Shown: positions 11,209 through 21,194, counted from the first letter of the stretch. The stretch is 64,000 nt of DNA from an uncultured Verrucomicrobiae bacterium (GCA_963706955.1 CAVPOC010000004.1:110277-174276), one strand, 5' to 3'. Numbers and translations: made by a program. Notes: generated by a model from the sequence alone, not told the origin.

Positions 11209-12214
11209 CTAGAGTCCGAGTGCTACCAGCTCATCGACTGTATTCTTGTCGATCGCCAGCACCTTGATTGCGCGAATCACCCGCGTCTGCGGGTCGACGC
11301 TGACCTTTCCGAGACCGGGTATCTCCATGCCATCGGTGATTTCCTTCCCGTCCAGAACCATCTTCGCCACGGTGATGATCGCCTTGCCCGCTTCAGGAGG
11401 GCTCCAAATATAGCCAACCTTGATGATGCCATCTTTGACCAACTTTTTCCCCTGGGTCGGCGAGCAGGCCCCCACCAGAACGATCTGTTCGGCTTTGTTG
11501 CGCTCTTTGATGGCCCGACCCGCTCCGATCGGGCCCTGGCTGCCGAAGGTCAAGATTCCCTTGAGGTTGGGATGGGCAAGCATGGCGTCCAAGGCGGTCT
11601 TGTAGCTGTCGTCAACGCTTTCCGCGACACCGTAGCGGTCGGCGACCAGTTTCATCTTTGGGATAGTGCTCCTTCTGATAGGCGATGGCCGCATCTGCCC
11701 ATGCATTGTGCAACGGAACCGTCAAGCCTCCCACATAGACGATGTATTCGCCTTCCTCGTTCATGTATTTGGCGAGGTCTTTCATGTGGCGTTCCCCAAA
11801 CTCCTTGTTGTCGATCATCTCGATGTCCCACACGTTTCCCTTTTGATCGGGCGACTCATGGGTGATGATCGGAATACCCGCCGCCTTGGCCCGCTCGAAG
11901 ACTGGCTCAAGAGCCTTGGCATCGTTCGGCACTACCCCGATTGCGCTAACTTTCTTGGCGATGAGATCTTCGACCGCTCGCACCTGCTGCGCAGGATCCG
12001 CCGTCGTCGGCCCGATCATATAGGCCTTCACATTTTGTTCCTTGCCTGCCTCTTTGATGCCTTTTTCCATGGCGGTAAACCAGGGGATACCTCCGATCTT
12101 TACCACAACGGCAATCTCGGGCTCCTCAGCACGTAGCTGGACGTTCCACCCTGCAAACAGCAGGGCGAGCGCAACCAGGGCAGCGCGTTTAAAGGTGATG
12201 GATTGTATTCTCAT
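11209..12214 (-). CDS. Sugar ABC substrate-binding protein, LsrB/AI-2-like class (frameshift near 11657)
   Basis: Signal peptide, VVKIGGIPWF; ORFs 11612..12214 and 11209..11706 join at ...KEHYP/KMKLVADRY. Confidence 0.87.
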
Positions 12215-12338
12215 TTCTTGTTCTGCTTGGGTGTGGGGTTGAGTTCGAGAGTCTGGGGGGTGACTTTTCTAAATATCGAATTCGATCAACGAACGTTCGT
12301 AAAAAAAATCAGGAATTCTTTCGGGCCGCTCGCTGTAG

Positions 12339-12370
12339 ACTATTGTTCAATAGTTGAGTTGGGATGTCAA
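12339..12370 (-). promoter_or_regulatory. Putative sigma70 promoter with overlapping palindromic operator
   Basis: Minus-strand TTGACA (12370-12365), 17-bp spacer, AACAAT (12347-12342), which lies inside the palindrome ACTATTG-TT-CAATAGT (12339-12354). Confidence 0.5.
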
Positions 12371-12520
12371 TCACACCGGCGGCAATCAACTTCACCAAAG
12401 TCAAGCGAGTAAGATAAGAAGACATAGGTTAACTTGACGGTTTGCCGGCCGGACTGGGCGCACCAACCAGCCCAGGGGGTGAATGGTTTAAAGTCGAGGG
12501 AAAACGCTTCGAAGCGCCGC

Positions 12521-13313
12521 CTACGCCTTCTGGTTAAGCGTCGCCAGTCTGGCAACCCGTTGGGTCAATTTAGAGAAATGCGATCCTGGCCAGTAGATGC
12601 GCCCGCATTCGTCACAGACCCGATAACGATCATAGTATTGTAGCGTGCGTGGTTCTGCGGCCAGTCGATTGGCCACGTCCTGCTTGCCGGTGGTTTGGAG
12701 CAGCCCGTTGCATTCGAGGCAGCGCGTGAAGGGAGCGAGAGTGCCGGAGGAAATCGTAAGTCCGAAGCGACATAGAACCTCGGTTGTTTGCATCTCAGGC
12801 TCGTGGGACCGCGGGCAGAACCCGTCTTTGACAATTGCGTGCATAAGCAGACGACGATCGCGTGTCAGGATTGCTCGATTCTCGGTGGACATGATTTGGA
12901 GAAGGCGACGATCGTCCGCCTGCGGTTCGTAAGCGCTATCTAATCCGAGGAGTCGGAGGTTGCGGGCAAGTCCGCCGAGATGTCCATCCACAACAAACCG
13001 TTCGCAGCGCCGGCGCTGCAGGCGCGGCTGCAAGGGAAGAATGTCCTCCGGCGCGGGAAATCCATAGACCTCGATCCGCGCAGATGTTTCCACTTGCCAG
13101 CGGAAATCAACGGCCATTGGCGTGGGATTATTCGCGCATCTGATAATGATCAAATCGACCTCCGGGTGTGGAACCCCGCAAGCCTCAATCACATCTTTAA
13201 TGGATGTCTTTTCAGACAAGTGCCGAAGAACGTGCGATCTCGTTCGCCATCGCCTCGGTCACGAAGAACGTCGCAAGGTCACCGTGGAATTTGATCTCCA
13301 AACCGAAGTTCAT
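12521..13313 (-). CDS. Mut7-C RNase domain protein with N-terminal ubiquitin-like domain (frameshift near 5' end)
   Basis: SIKDVIEACGVPHPEVDLI, RFVVDGHLGGLARNLRLLGLD, ILTRDR, RCLECNGLL and CDECGRIYWPGSH zinc ribbon; upstream MNFGLEIKFHGDL from ATG 13313 is in a different frame. Confidence 0.9.
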
Positions 13314-13867
13314 CCGCAAGAGTGCTACCCACAAAAGCGTCGTGTTGGCCGCGGAAAAATCAATTTCGCCGAGTTCCCGGCGATTCCCACGGTCCGCCGG
13401 TCAGGGTCATTTTCTGACAACTGCCTGGCAGCGCTAGACGATTGTGTGGTTGAACGCACCGTCGAGCCCACGGTCAAGCGAGTCGCCGTGCGTCGGCGGC
13501 AATTTGCCACGAGGGAAAGCGGTGAGGGTCTCGGACCTGAAGGGAGCGGCGACGTTCGGGCAACGCCAACCCACGCTACACGGGAAAATTCATCACCAAG
13601 AAAAATGCCACCTTGTCCGCCCCCCCGGACTCTCACCGGACGGGGCTATCATCCCGAGGCTATTTGGCCGGAGCGGAAAGGATGGCACTTTGCGGGCCGC
13701 GCTTTGTTCACCCAGATCAGCGGGCCATTAAAGTAAGCCGATCCGTGCAGATGTCAATCTGGAGCCGGCAAACAATTATATCGGACGTTATCGGTGCGCG
13801 TAAGGGGGGTGGTGCGTGGGTGAGGATTGCTCTTGTCACGCTGTCGCGGTCACCTATCACTCTGTCG

Positions 13868-14272
13868 ATGATTCTCAGCTGGCTTTCCAAGTATCGTGAT
13901 CTTGGCTTGCTTTTCTTGCGCGTGGGTATCGGCACGATGATGGTTCTCCACGGTTGGCCGAAACTCGCCGGCGGCATTCAGCAGTGGGAAAAACTCGGCA
14001 AAGCCATGAGCCTTGTCGGCATAAGCTTTTTTCCCGGTTTTTGGGGCTTCTCTTCGGCGATGGTTGAGACTGTTGGGGGCGTGCTTATCGTGTTGGGGTT
14101 TTGCTTTCGTCCAGTCGCCATCTTAATGACATTCAACTTCATTGTGGCAACCGTCTTCCTTTATAAGACAACGGCTCAATTCATTGAGTGGTCTCGCCCG
14201 GCTGAGACGCTGATTCTTTTCTTCAGTCTCATCTTTATCGGTGCCGGCAAATACAGCATCGACCGAAGCTAA
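13868..14272 (+). CDS. DoxX family membrane protein
   Basis: DLGLLFLRVGIGTMMVLHGWPKL...FIGAGKYSID pattern. Confidence 0.9.
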   Translation: MILSWLSKYRDLGLLFLRVGIGTMMVLHGWPKLAGGIQQWEKLGKAMSLVGISFFPGFWGFSSAMVETVGGVLIVLGFCFRPVAILMTFNFIVATVFLYKTTAQFIEWSRPAETLILFFSLIFIGAGKYSIDRS

Positions 14273-14532
14273 GGATTTCCCGGGCTTCCTCCTCCTGAGT
14301 TAGGGACGACCACACAAGATGGGAGCTCTCGCGCGGTCTCCCACCGCCGAGGCCCGCCAGAATGAGGACATCGCCGACCTACAGAACTGTTCCGATCGTG
14401 GGGACACGGTCGCTCCAATCTACGCTCTTGCACCCTGCGATTAATGCTCGAGAACTGCGATAAGCTACATGAGTCTTGGGCTCACCCTGGCACGTTCCAG
14501 AGCCAACATCGGAAAACGCCAACTCTCAAATG

Positions 14533-14790
14533 TCACCAAGGACGCTCGACGACTTCATAGCCCCCGGTGGGATATCTGCGGTAGTAAACGTTATCGTAAT
14601 CGTAATAGTCGACACCACGATAGACTCGAGTGCGATATCCCCTCGGCAGAACCGTAATAACTCTCGGGGTGGGACTCACGGTGGTCTCTTGAACCACGAC
14701 GCGAGTGGGAACGGTGCGCCGCTCGTAAACGAGGCATCCCGAAGTCGCCAGACCGGTAACGAATGTTGCGATAAGAAGAATGGTTTTCAT
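14533..14790 (-). CDS. Small putative lipoprotein
   Basis: MKTILLIATFVTGLATSGC lipobox-like signal; Tyr/Arg-rich body LPRGYRTRVYRGVDYYDYDNVYYRR. Confidence 0.7.
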   Translation of the reverse strand: MKTILLIATFVTGLATSGCLVYERRTVPTRVVVQETTVSPTPRVITVLPRGYRTRVYRGVDYYDYDNVYYRRYPTGGYEVVERPW

Positions 14791-14909
14791 GGGCTAAGTA
14801 GGTGCTAAAGGAGAATCGCTGCGGCAGAGAACGGCGCGCGTATGGCCCACCACTATCAAGAGATCGATTCCTACTCGACGTTCTGCTTGCAATTGGAGAG
14901 TAACAAGCT

Positions 14910-15383
14910 GTGGAAGCTCTTTGGTGGTTTCTAACGCTGGCACTGATGGTGATCGGTCTTGTCGGAACCGTGGTGCCTTTGGTCCCCGGGACCGTCCTTA
15001 TTCTTTGCGGAGCGGTGCTCAACCACTTTCTTCTCCATTCCATAGGTTGGCCGACTCTCGTGGCGCTTACACTCATGATGATCGCGGCGCAAGCCCTCGA
15101 CGTCGTGAGCGGTTCGCTCGGCGCGAAGTGGTTCGGGGCGACACGTTGGGGCGCGATCGGGGGGATTCTCGGGGCGATCGTCGGACTATTCTTCGGGTTG
15201 ATCGGCATCTTTGTTGGACCCCTAATTGGGGCCTTGTTGGGTGAATTGCTGGGCGGAAAGGGTCTGCTGCCAGCCGGGCGTTCCTCCTGGGGCACTCTGA
15301 TCGGCACGAGTGCGGGAATTATCGGCAAGTTCACCATTGGTGCAGCCATGATCATCTGGTTCTTGATCGCCGCCCTGGTGTAA
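14910..15383 (+). CDS. DUF456 family membrane protein
   Basis: GLVGTVVPLVPG, GAKWFGATRWGAIGGILG, GIFVGPLIGALLGEL. Confidence 0.88.
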   Translation: MEALWWFLTLALMVIGLVGTVVPLVPGTVLILCGAVLNHFLLHSIGWPTLVALTLMMIAAQALDVVSGSLGAKWFGATRWGAIGGILGAIVGLFFGLIGIFVGPLIGALLGELLGGKGLLPAGRSSWGTLIGTSAGIIGKFTIGAAMIIWFLIAALV

Positions 15384-15449
15384 CAGCCCTCCGAAGAACC
15401 GCCCATTGCGAAAGGGTGAGTACTTGTCGTCTGGCGGCGTTTAATCTGT

Positions 15450-17531
15450 ATGAAGCTGTATCATACTTTTTCGAAGCGAAAGCCACGTTGGCTGCTCGTG
15501 CTAACTGCGGCGCTTCTTTCGTGCTGTTCTGCGTTCGCGCAGGTGCAATCTCAGGCTCCCCCTCCGCCGCCGGCTGAAGCGCCTCCTCAAAATCTGACGA
15601 AGGAAGAGCTCGATAAGCTGTTGGGTCCAATCGCGCTCTATCCTGACGCTCTCATCGCAGTACTTTTGCCGGCCGCCACAGTTCCATCCGATATCGTCCT
15701 TGCAGCACGCTTTCTTTCCACGAACGAAAATTTAGCTCAAGTCGACGACCAACCATGGGATGAGAGCGTGAGGTCTCTGGCCCGCTATCCCGAGATCGTC
15801 AAGTGGATGGACCAAAATCTCGAGTGGACCACTCAGCTCGGAGAGGTCTTTTTGGATCAACCGGCGGACGTCATGAATTCAATTCAGTCGCTGCGCGCAC
15901 AGGCAAGAGCAGCGGGCACGCTGGTCGACACTCCGCAACAACGGGTCGTCGAAGAGGAGAGCTACATTCGCGTTGTTCCGGCCGAACCCGACGTAATTTA
16001 CGTGCCGCAATACGATCCCGAGGTCGTCTACGTCCAGCCTTATACGCCCTATGTCGAGCCGGTGGTAAGTTTTGGGATCGGTTTTGCCGTGGGTCCTTGG
16101 CTTAATTACGATTGCGATTGGCCGCGCCGAAAAGTGTGCGTGGGAGACTGGAATCCCAGGTGGAGAGATGAATGGCGGGGTGATTGGCGGCCTGAATGGA
16201 GAGATGAATGGCGCGGTCGTGGACGGCATGATGGCCCGAATTCGGTAAATGTTGTCAATATCACCCGGGAGAGCGCGCGTGTTTGGCAGCCGAGCCCGAG
16301 AATTGAACGTCAGCATTGGCAACGGCAGCGAAACTACGATCGTGATCGGGAAAATGTTCGCGAACGAAATCGAGGTGGTGAACGGGAGAGGCGTTCCTGG
16401 GTGGTTGCAAAGCCGTCCCGAGCAAACTTTGATCGAGACCGAGATAATCGAGACCGGGGAGATTGGCAACGCTCCGATCGGATGGGGTCGCGTCGTGATC
16501 GATCCGATCGCGTCTGGCAACCCGGCTCTTCAGGGCCAGAAGTATCGCGCAATCGCGACCGCGACGATCGAGACCGGGGAAATTGGCAACGCTCGGATCG
16601 GAGGGATTCCGGTCGTGACCGATCGAACCGCGCCTGGCAGCCCAACTCCTCCGGACCGCCAGTAGCGCGCAATCGCGACCGCGATGAGCAGGAGGGAGAA
16701 GATGGGCAGCGTTCTGATCGCAGAGGCTCGAACCGCGAGCGCTCGGAACGGGTCGGGCAGCCCGGCTCTTCAGGGCCGCAAGTGTCGCGCAATCGAGACC
16801 GTGACGCTAGGAATAGAGAGGATTGGCAGCGTTCTGATCGTGGCGCTTCAGATCGTCAGCGGTCAGATTCAGTTCGCCGATCCGGCTCCTCAGGGCCAGC
16901 AGCATGGCAGAACGATCGAAGTGAGCAGCGGGCCGAACGGGGAGAGGGGCGGCGAAATCGCGATGAAAGCCAACGAGCTTTCGTGAGGGGAAACGGGCAA
17001 GGTCAAACCTCATTTGAAAGAGAGCGGGCGCGCCGATCAAGCGATTCGCGAGAAAATAGACGCAGGGAGGATGGCCAATCGGTCAGATCTCAGCGCCCGA
17101 ACTACGAGGTCGCTCGTTCCGAGCGATCCCCTAATCGAGAGCGCTCTCGTTCAGAGTCAAGGCGATCAGTCGCCAGATCAGAAGGCAACTCGCGCCCGGA
17201 AGCTCGGGTGAATCGTAGTTCCTCGAGGGTTGACAGACCTCAATCGCAGCGCTCGCGCGTGGCGGATTCGAGGAGAGACAACGACTCGCGCCAAGCCAGG
17301 GGAGGTTCTTCGAGGCAATCATCGCGAGGAAATGCGGCGTACTATGGTCAATCGAGAAGGTCCCAACAGTCCGCGCGTGTCGAGCGATCTGGGGGTCAAC
17401 CTCAAAGATCAACGCCATCCTATTCGAGACAGGATCGGCAGCAGTCTGCCAGTGCGGCCGGGAAAGGACGCCGGGGAGGCAACAATGGCGGTAAAAAGGG
17501 AAACAGGGACAAAGAGGAGCGCCGTCAATAA
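15450..17531 (+). CDS. DUF3300 domain protein with long Arg/Ser/Asp-rich repetitive C-terminus
   Basis: Signal peptide; LDKLLGPIALYPDALIA, WDESVRSL, QPADVMNSIQSLRAQA, IYVPQYDPEVVY. Confidence 0.9.
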   Translation: MKLYHTFSKRKPRWLLVLTAALLSCCSAFAQVQSQAPPPPPAEAPPQNLTKEELDKLLGPIALYPDALIAVLLPAATVPSDIVLAARFLSTNENLAQVDDQPWDESVRSLARYPEIVKWMDQNLEWTTQLGEVFLDQPADVMNSIQSLRAQARAAGTLVDTPQQRVVEEESYIRVVPAEPDVIYVPQYDPEVVYVQPYTPYVEPVVSFGIGFAVGPWLNYDCDWPRRKVCVGDWNPRWRDEWRGDWRPEWRDEWRGRGRHDGPNSVNVVNITRESARVWQPSPRIERQHWQRQRNYDRDRENVRERNRGGERERRSWVVAKPSRANFDRDRDNRDRGDWQRSDRMGSRRDRSDRVWQPGSSGPEVSRNRDRDDRDRGNWQRSDRRDSGRDRSNRAWQPNSSGPPVARNRDRDEQEGEDGQRSDRRGSNRERSERVGQPGSSGPQVSRNRDRDARNREDWQRSDRGASDRQRSDSVRRSGSSGPAAWQNDRSEQRAERGEGRRNRDESQRAFVRGNGQGQTSFERERARRSSDSRENRRREDGQSVRSQRPNYEVARSERSPNRERSRSESRRSVARSEGNSRPEARVNRSSSRVDRPQSQRSRVADSRRDNDSRQARGGSSRQSSRGNAAYYGQSRRSQQSARVERSGGQPQRSTPSYSRQDRQQSASAAGKGRRGGNNGGKKGNRDKEERRQ
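16431..16900 (+). repeat. About four tandem imperfect 120-bp (40-aa) intragenic repeats
   Basis: Anchors at 16521, 16641, 16761 and 16881 (CCCGGCTCTTCAGGGCC-like); unit approx RNRDRDDRDRGNWQRSDRRDSGRDRSNRAWQPNSSGPPVA. Confidence 0.9.
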
Positions 17532-17559
17532 TACTCCTGGCATTCTGGATAGTTGTCGT

Positions 17560-17639
17560 TGTCGCGGCGGCGTCCCCGCTGCCGGGAGGCCTGGGACGAT
17601 GAAGGACATCCCCGCTGCAAAGCGCTGGGCGCCGCGACA
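17560..17639. repeat. REP-like inverted-repeat element between convergent genes
   Basis: TGTCGCGGCG (17560-17569) / CGCCGCGACA (17630-17639), with internal TCCCCGCTGC twice. Confidence 0.45.
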
Positions 17640-17670
17640 CGTCCTGACAAAGGTGTCGGCGCGTTAGTTC

Positions 17671-18618
17671 TTAAAAAAGCGATCGAGCAGAGTGCCGATA
17701 AGCTTTTGCCAGACCCGCACCTGCCACGCTTCCGCTGAGGACATCCCCGGGATAATGCGCACCGAGGTAAACCCGCGACAACGCCACCAGTAAGGCAATT
17801 GCAAATAATAGGGGGCGGGCACGCGGATAGGAGGCCTGAAGCAGGGTAGCGCCTGCAAAGGCGGCGGCACTATGTCCCGACGGAAAAGAATAGCTGCCGG
17901 GTTTGCGCCCGACGACAATAGCGCGAACGATCGAGATGAACGGACGTTTGCGTCGGAAGTACTTCTTGATCGGTATCTCGACAGTATAGGTTGCCAGATA
18001 CAAAGCTGGAAGAATACGACAAGCTCTGATCGCACGATGCTTGTCGAACAAAGCATTCGCGGCGATGAAGAGAATCCACGCATGTCCTCCCGTCATGAAC
18101 CAGCTGAATGACGAAATCAGGCGATCGAGCAGCTTCGGGTGCGGAAGATTATTGATCTGGACGAAGAGCGTGGCATCGATCGCATCAAACGGCTTTAGCC
18201 GGCTGATCAACTCTTTCCGGAGAAGATCTCGTCCTTTTCTAACTTCCGGGGATTCCTCGGCGGCCGCAGGGCCACCCGCCTGACGAATACCCTCATCAAG
18301 CGGCTCGCGCTTGTCAGTTGGTGCGGAAGCAACCTGGGCAGCTGCTGCCGCCAAGACCGCTGCCGGGCGCTCTTCCGACGTCGCCGCATCCGCCGCAGCT
18401 TCGATCGTCTCCGCTTGCGCGACCGGATCAGGTGATCCCGCCTCGGCTGGGATATCTTTCTCTTCGAGGCCAGCTCCGGTTCTTTCGACTTTGTCGAGAG
18501 TCTTGGATGCGTCCGAAGGTGTCCGCACCTCGGCAAAGCCCTCCTCGAGAGCCTTCTCAACTTTCTTTGTTGCCTCTTTCTTGGCCCCGGCGTCCGCGTT
18601 TGTTTCCTGCATGTGCAA
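17671..18618 (-). CDS. PAP2 family phosphatase with acidic N-terminal extension
   Basis: KKYFRRKRP, SFPSGH, SRVYLGAHYPGDV catalytic motifs. Confidence 0.92.
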   Translation of the reverse strand: MHMQETNADAGAKKEATKKVEKALEEGFAEVRTPSDASKTLDKVERTGAGLEEKDIPAEAGSPDPVAQAETIEAAADAATSEERPAAVLAAAAAQVASAPTDKREPLDEGIRQAGGPAAAEESPEVRKGRDLLRKELISRLKPFDAIDATLFVQINNLPHPKLLDRLISSFSWFMTGGHAWILFIAANALFDKHRAIRACRILPALYLATYTVEIPIKKYFRRKRPFISIVRAIVVGRKPGSYSFPSGHSAAAFAGATLLQASYPRARPLLFAIALLVALSRVYLGAHYPGDVLSGSVAGAGLAKAYRHSARSLF

Positions 18619-18715
18619 CCACCTACCCCTTAGAATCGAATCAACTTGAGGATTCGCGCCTGTTTACCGAGCGCGCTCACGGAATTGCTGTGACGGCCCG
18701 AATCTTTCAGTATCA

Positions 18716-20473
18716 TTGACGAAAGACGAGGCGTCCCGTGTGAAGTTCCTGACCGCGCAGCTCACTCATTTCCTAAGACCTGCGACCAGCCGTCGCAACA
18801 TTCGCCTCTTGTTTCGCTTTCTGCTGATTCTCACCTTAATGGTCACGGTTTACAGCATTCTCTTTCACGTTTTGATGGTCTTTGAACGGCGTGAGCACAG
18901 CTGGATCACGGGTCTGTATTGGACCTTAACAGTCATGTCCACCTTGGGCTTTGGCGACATTACCTTCACGAGTGACCTCGGTCGCCTGTTTTCGATCATC
19001 GTCCTTCTCTCCGGCATGGTTTTTCTGCTGATCCTGCTGCCATTTACGTTCATCGAGTTCTTCTACGCGCCATGGATGAAAGCTCAGGAGGAGTTGAGAG
19101 CGCCGAGACAATTGCCGGAAAGCATGAGCGGACATGTCATCCTCACCAACATGGACCCGGTTTCAAAAGCGCTCATGCAAAAACTAACGCACTACGGATA
19201 TCCGTATGCGCTCCTGGTTTATGATTTGGATGAAGCCCTTCGATTGCATGACTTAGGGTTTCAAGTGGTGCTGGGGGAAAACGACCGTCCTGAGACTTAT
19301 CATTTGGTGCGAGCTGAAAAGGCCGCTCTGGTTGCCGCAACAGGCAACGACATGGCCAATACCAACGTGGCCTTTACAGTGCGGGAGATGAGTCAGAGTG
19401 TTCCGATCGTCACTACCGCGAGCTCGAACGATGCCGTGGATATTCTACGACTGGCCGGCAGCTCCGAGGTGATTCAGCTGAGCACGATGATGGGGCAAGC
19501 GCTCGCACGGCGAATTATTGGAGTCGATGCGCGCGCGCATGTCATCGCAGAGTTCGGCGAGCTCTTGATCGCGGAAGCCACCGCTGCCGGCACCCCCCTG
19601 GTTGGCAAGACGCTCGCTGGCAGTAATCTTCGGAAATTGACCGGGCTCAGTGTGATTGGAATATGGAAGCGCGGACAGTATGAGGTCGCGGCCGCGGAAA
19701 GCATCATAGACGCGAATTCGATTTTGGTCTTGTCGGGTTCGGCGGAACAGCTCCGCAAATACGATGAGCTTTTTTGCATCTATCACGTCAGCGCCGGGGC
19801 GGTAATCATCGTCGGTGGCGGGCGGGTCGGCCGCGCCATCGGCCGCGCACTCAAGGCGCGAGAGGTCGATTTTCGAATTGTCGAGAGCAATCCGGCCAGG
19901 ATCCGGGATCAGGCTATCTATGTTGAAGGAAGTGCGGCAGACTACGAAACGCTGGAGCGGGCGGGCATAGATCATGCCCCGGCCATCGTCATCACCACCC
20001 ATGACGATGACATGAATGTCTACCTGACAATCTATTGCCGCCGTTTGCGCCCTGATATTCAGATCATAAGCCGATCGACCCGTGAACGGAACGTCTCCAC
20101 GCTGCATCGGGCGGGAGCCGATTTTGTTCTCTCGTATGCCTCAATGGGCGCCACTTCCATATTCAACTATCTGCGGCGTGCTGGCGTCGTCGTAGTCGCC
20201 GAGGGACTCCATCTGACCGAAACGCGAGTGCCCCGTGCCTTGGCCGGACGAACACTCGCCGAAGCGGCAATTCCTAGTGAAACCGGCTGCAACGTTGTGG
20301 CGCTTCGCAGCAAGGACGAACTGATGATCAATCCGGAGCCCTCGACAATTCTGGACCGTGGCGCCGAGATCATCTTGATTGGAACGCCCGAAGCCGAGCA
20401 ACGTTTTATGCAGCTATATGGGGCTGAAAAGTTGTCGGTACAGCCGGTCGCTGCATCAGGAAATCTCAGCTGA
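18716..20473 (+). CDS. Potassium channel protein with tandem TrkA-N/TrkA-C (RCK) domains
   Basis: Pore motif TVMSTLGFGDI; GGGRVG NAD-binding motif; start may be GTG 18740. Confidence 0.92.
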   Translation: MTKDEASRVKFLTAQLTHFLRPATSRRNIRLLFRFLLILTLMVTVYSILFHVLMVFERREHSWITGLYWTLTVMSTLGFGDITFTSDLGRLFSIIVLLSGMVFLLILLPFTFIEFFYAPWMKAQEELRAPRQLPESMSGHVILTNMDPVSKALMQKLTHYGYPYALLVYDLDEALRLHDLGFQVVLGENDRPETYHLVRAEKAALVAATGNDMANTNVAFTVREMSQSVPIVTTASSNDAVDILRLAGSSEVIQLSTMMGQALARRIIGVDARAHVIAEFGELLIAEATAAGTPLVGKTLAGSNLRKLTGLSVIGIWKRGQYEVAAAESIIDANSILVLSGSAEQLRKYDELFCIYHVSAGAVIIVGGGRVGRAIGRALKAREVDFRIVESNPARIRDQAIYVEGSAADYETLERAGIDHAPAIVITTHDDDMNVYLTIYCRRLRPDIQIISRSTRERNVSTLHRAGADFVLSYASMGATSIFNYLRRAGVVVVAEGLHLTETRVPRALAGRTLAEAAIPSETGCNVVALRSKDELMINPEPSTILDRGAEIILIGTPEAEQRFMQLYGAEKLSVQPVAASGNLS

Positions 20474-20561
20474 CCAACCGCTTCGGGATATAAAGCAAGC
20501 GCGTGTTCTCAACTCCATCTCGATCGTCGCAGCGAAGTTGATAAGCTGTTAGTGTCTGAAA

Positions 20562-21167
20562 ATGGCAGAACGGACAACCCTGGAAATTTCACGAGAGCTC
20601 GCGTCGATCGCGCAGGCTGGGATGACCTATTCCGCAGACCCATTCGACAGGGAGCGCTTCCATCGCTTGCGTGAGATTGCGAGCGAGGTGATGCGTGTGG
20701 CCGGAAAGGCCGAGTTTCAGTGGCCGACCGAAATCGGCTACGCGACTCCTAAGGTGGATGTTCGTGGTGTCGTTTTTCGCGACGCGGAGGTCCTCTTGAT
20801 CAAGGAAGCGTCTTCAGGAAAGTGGACCCTACCCGGCGGATGGGCTGATGTGAACCTCACCCCCGCAGAAAACGTGGAACGCGAGTGCCTCGAGGAAACC
20901 GGGTATCAAGTGAAGGCGCGTCTGATTACCGCGGTTCTCGACCGCGATCGCGCGGGCTATCCCGCGAACCCGCACTCGATTTATAAGATCTTTTTCTTGT
21001 GTGAACTCTGCGGCGGCTCGCCACGAGTCAGTCATGAAACCTCAGAAGTTGGCTTCTTTCCGCTCGATGCCCTGCCGGAGCTCGATACGCATCGCTCCAG
21101 TGCACTGGACATTGCTGAGGCGTGGCGATCCTATCAGGCGCCGACGTTACCGGCGCGTTTCAATTGA
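20562..21167 (+). CDS. NUDIX hydrolase with N-terminal domain
   Basis: GYATPKVDVRG, WTLPGGWADVNLTPAENVERECLEETGY Nudix box. Confidence 0.92.
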   Translation: MAERTTLEISRELASIAQAGMTYSADPFDRERFHRLREIASEVMRVAGKAEFQWPTEIGYATPKVDVRGVVFRDAEVLLIKEASSGKWTLPGGWADVNLTPAENVERECLEETGYQVKARLITAVLDRDRAGYPANPHSIYKIFFLCELCGGSPRVSHETSEVGFFPLDALPELDTHRSSALDIAEAWRSYQAPTLPARFN

Positions 21168-21194
21168 GCGACGAGGTGCCCACAACGGCGCAAC

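Noticed and set aside
13510..13550. Cobalamin-riboswitch-like AGGGAA...GGTG
   Set aside because: Lacks the downstream AATCC, CCC-GCAACTGT and B12-box elements, and neighbouring genes are unrelated to B12.
16431..16900. Regularly spaced repeats as a CRISPR array
   Set aside because: Units are 120-bp, in-frame and degenerate along their whole length inside a CDS; no unique spacers or cas genes.
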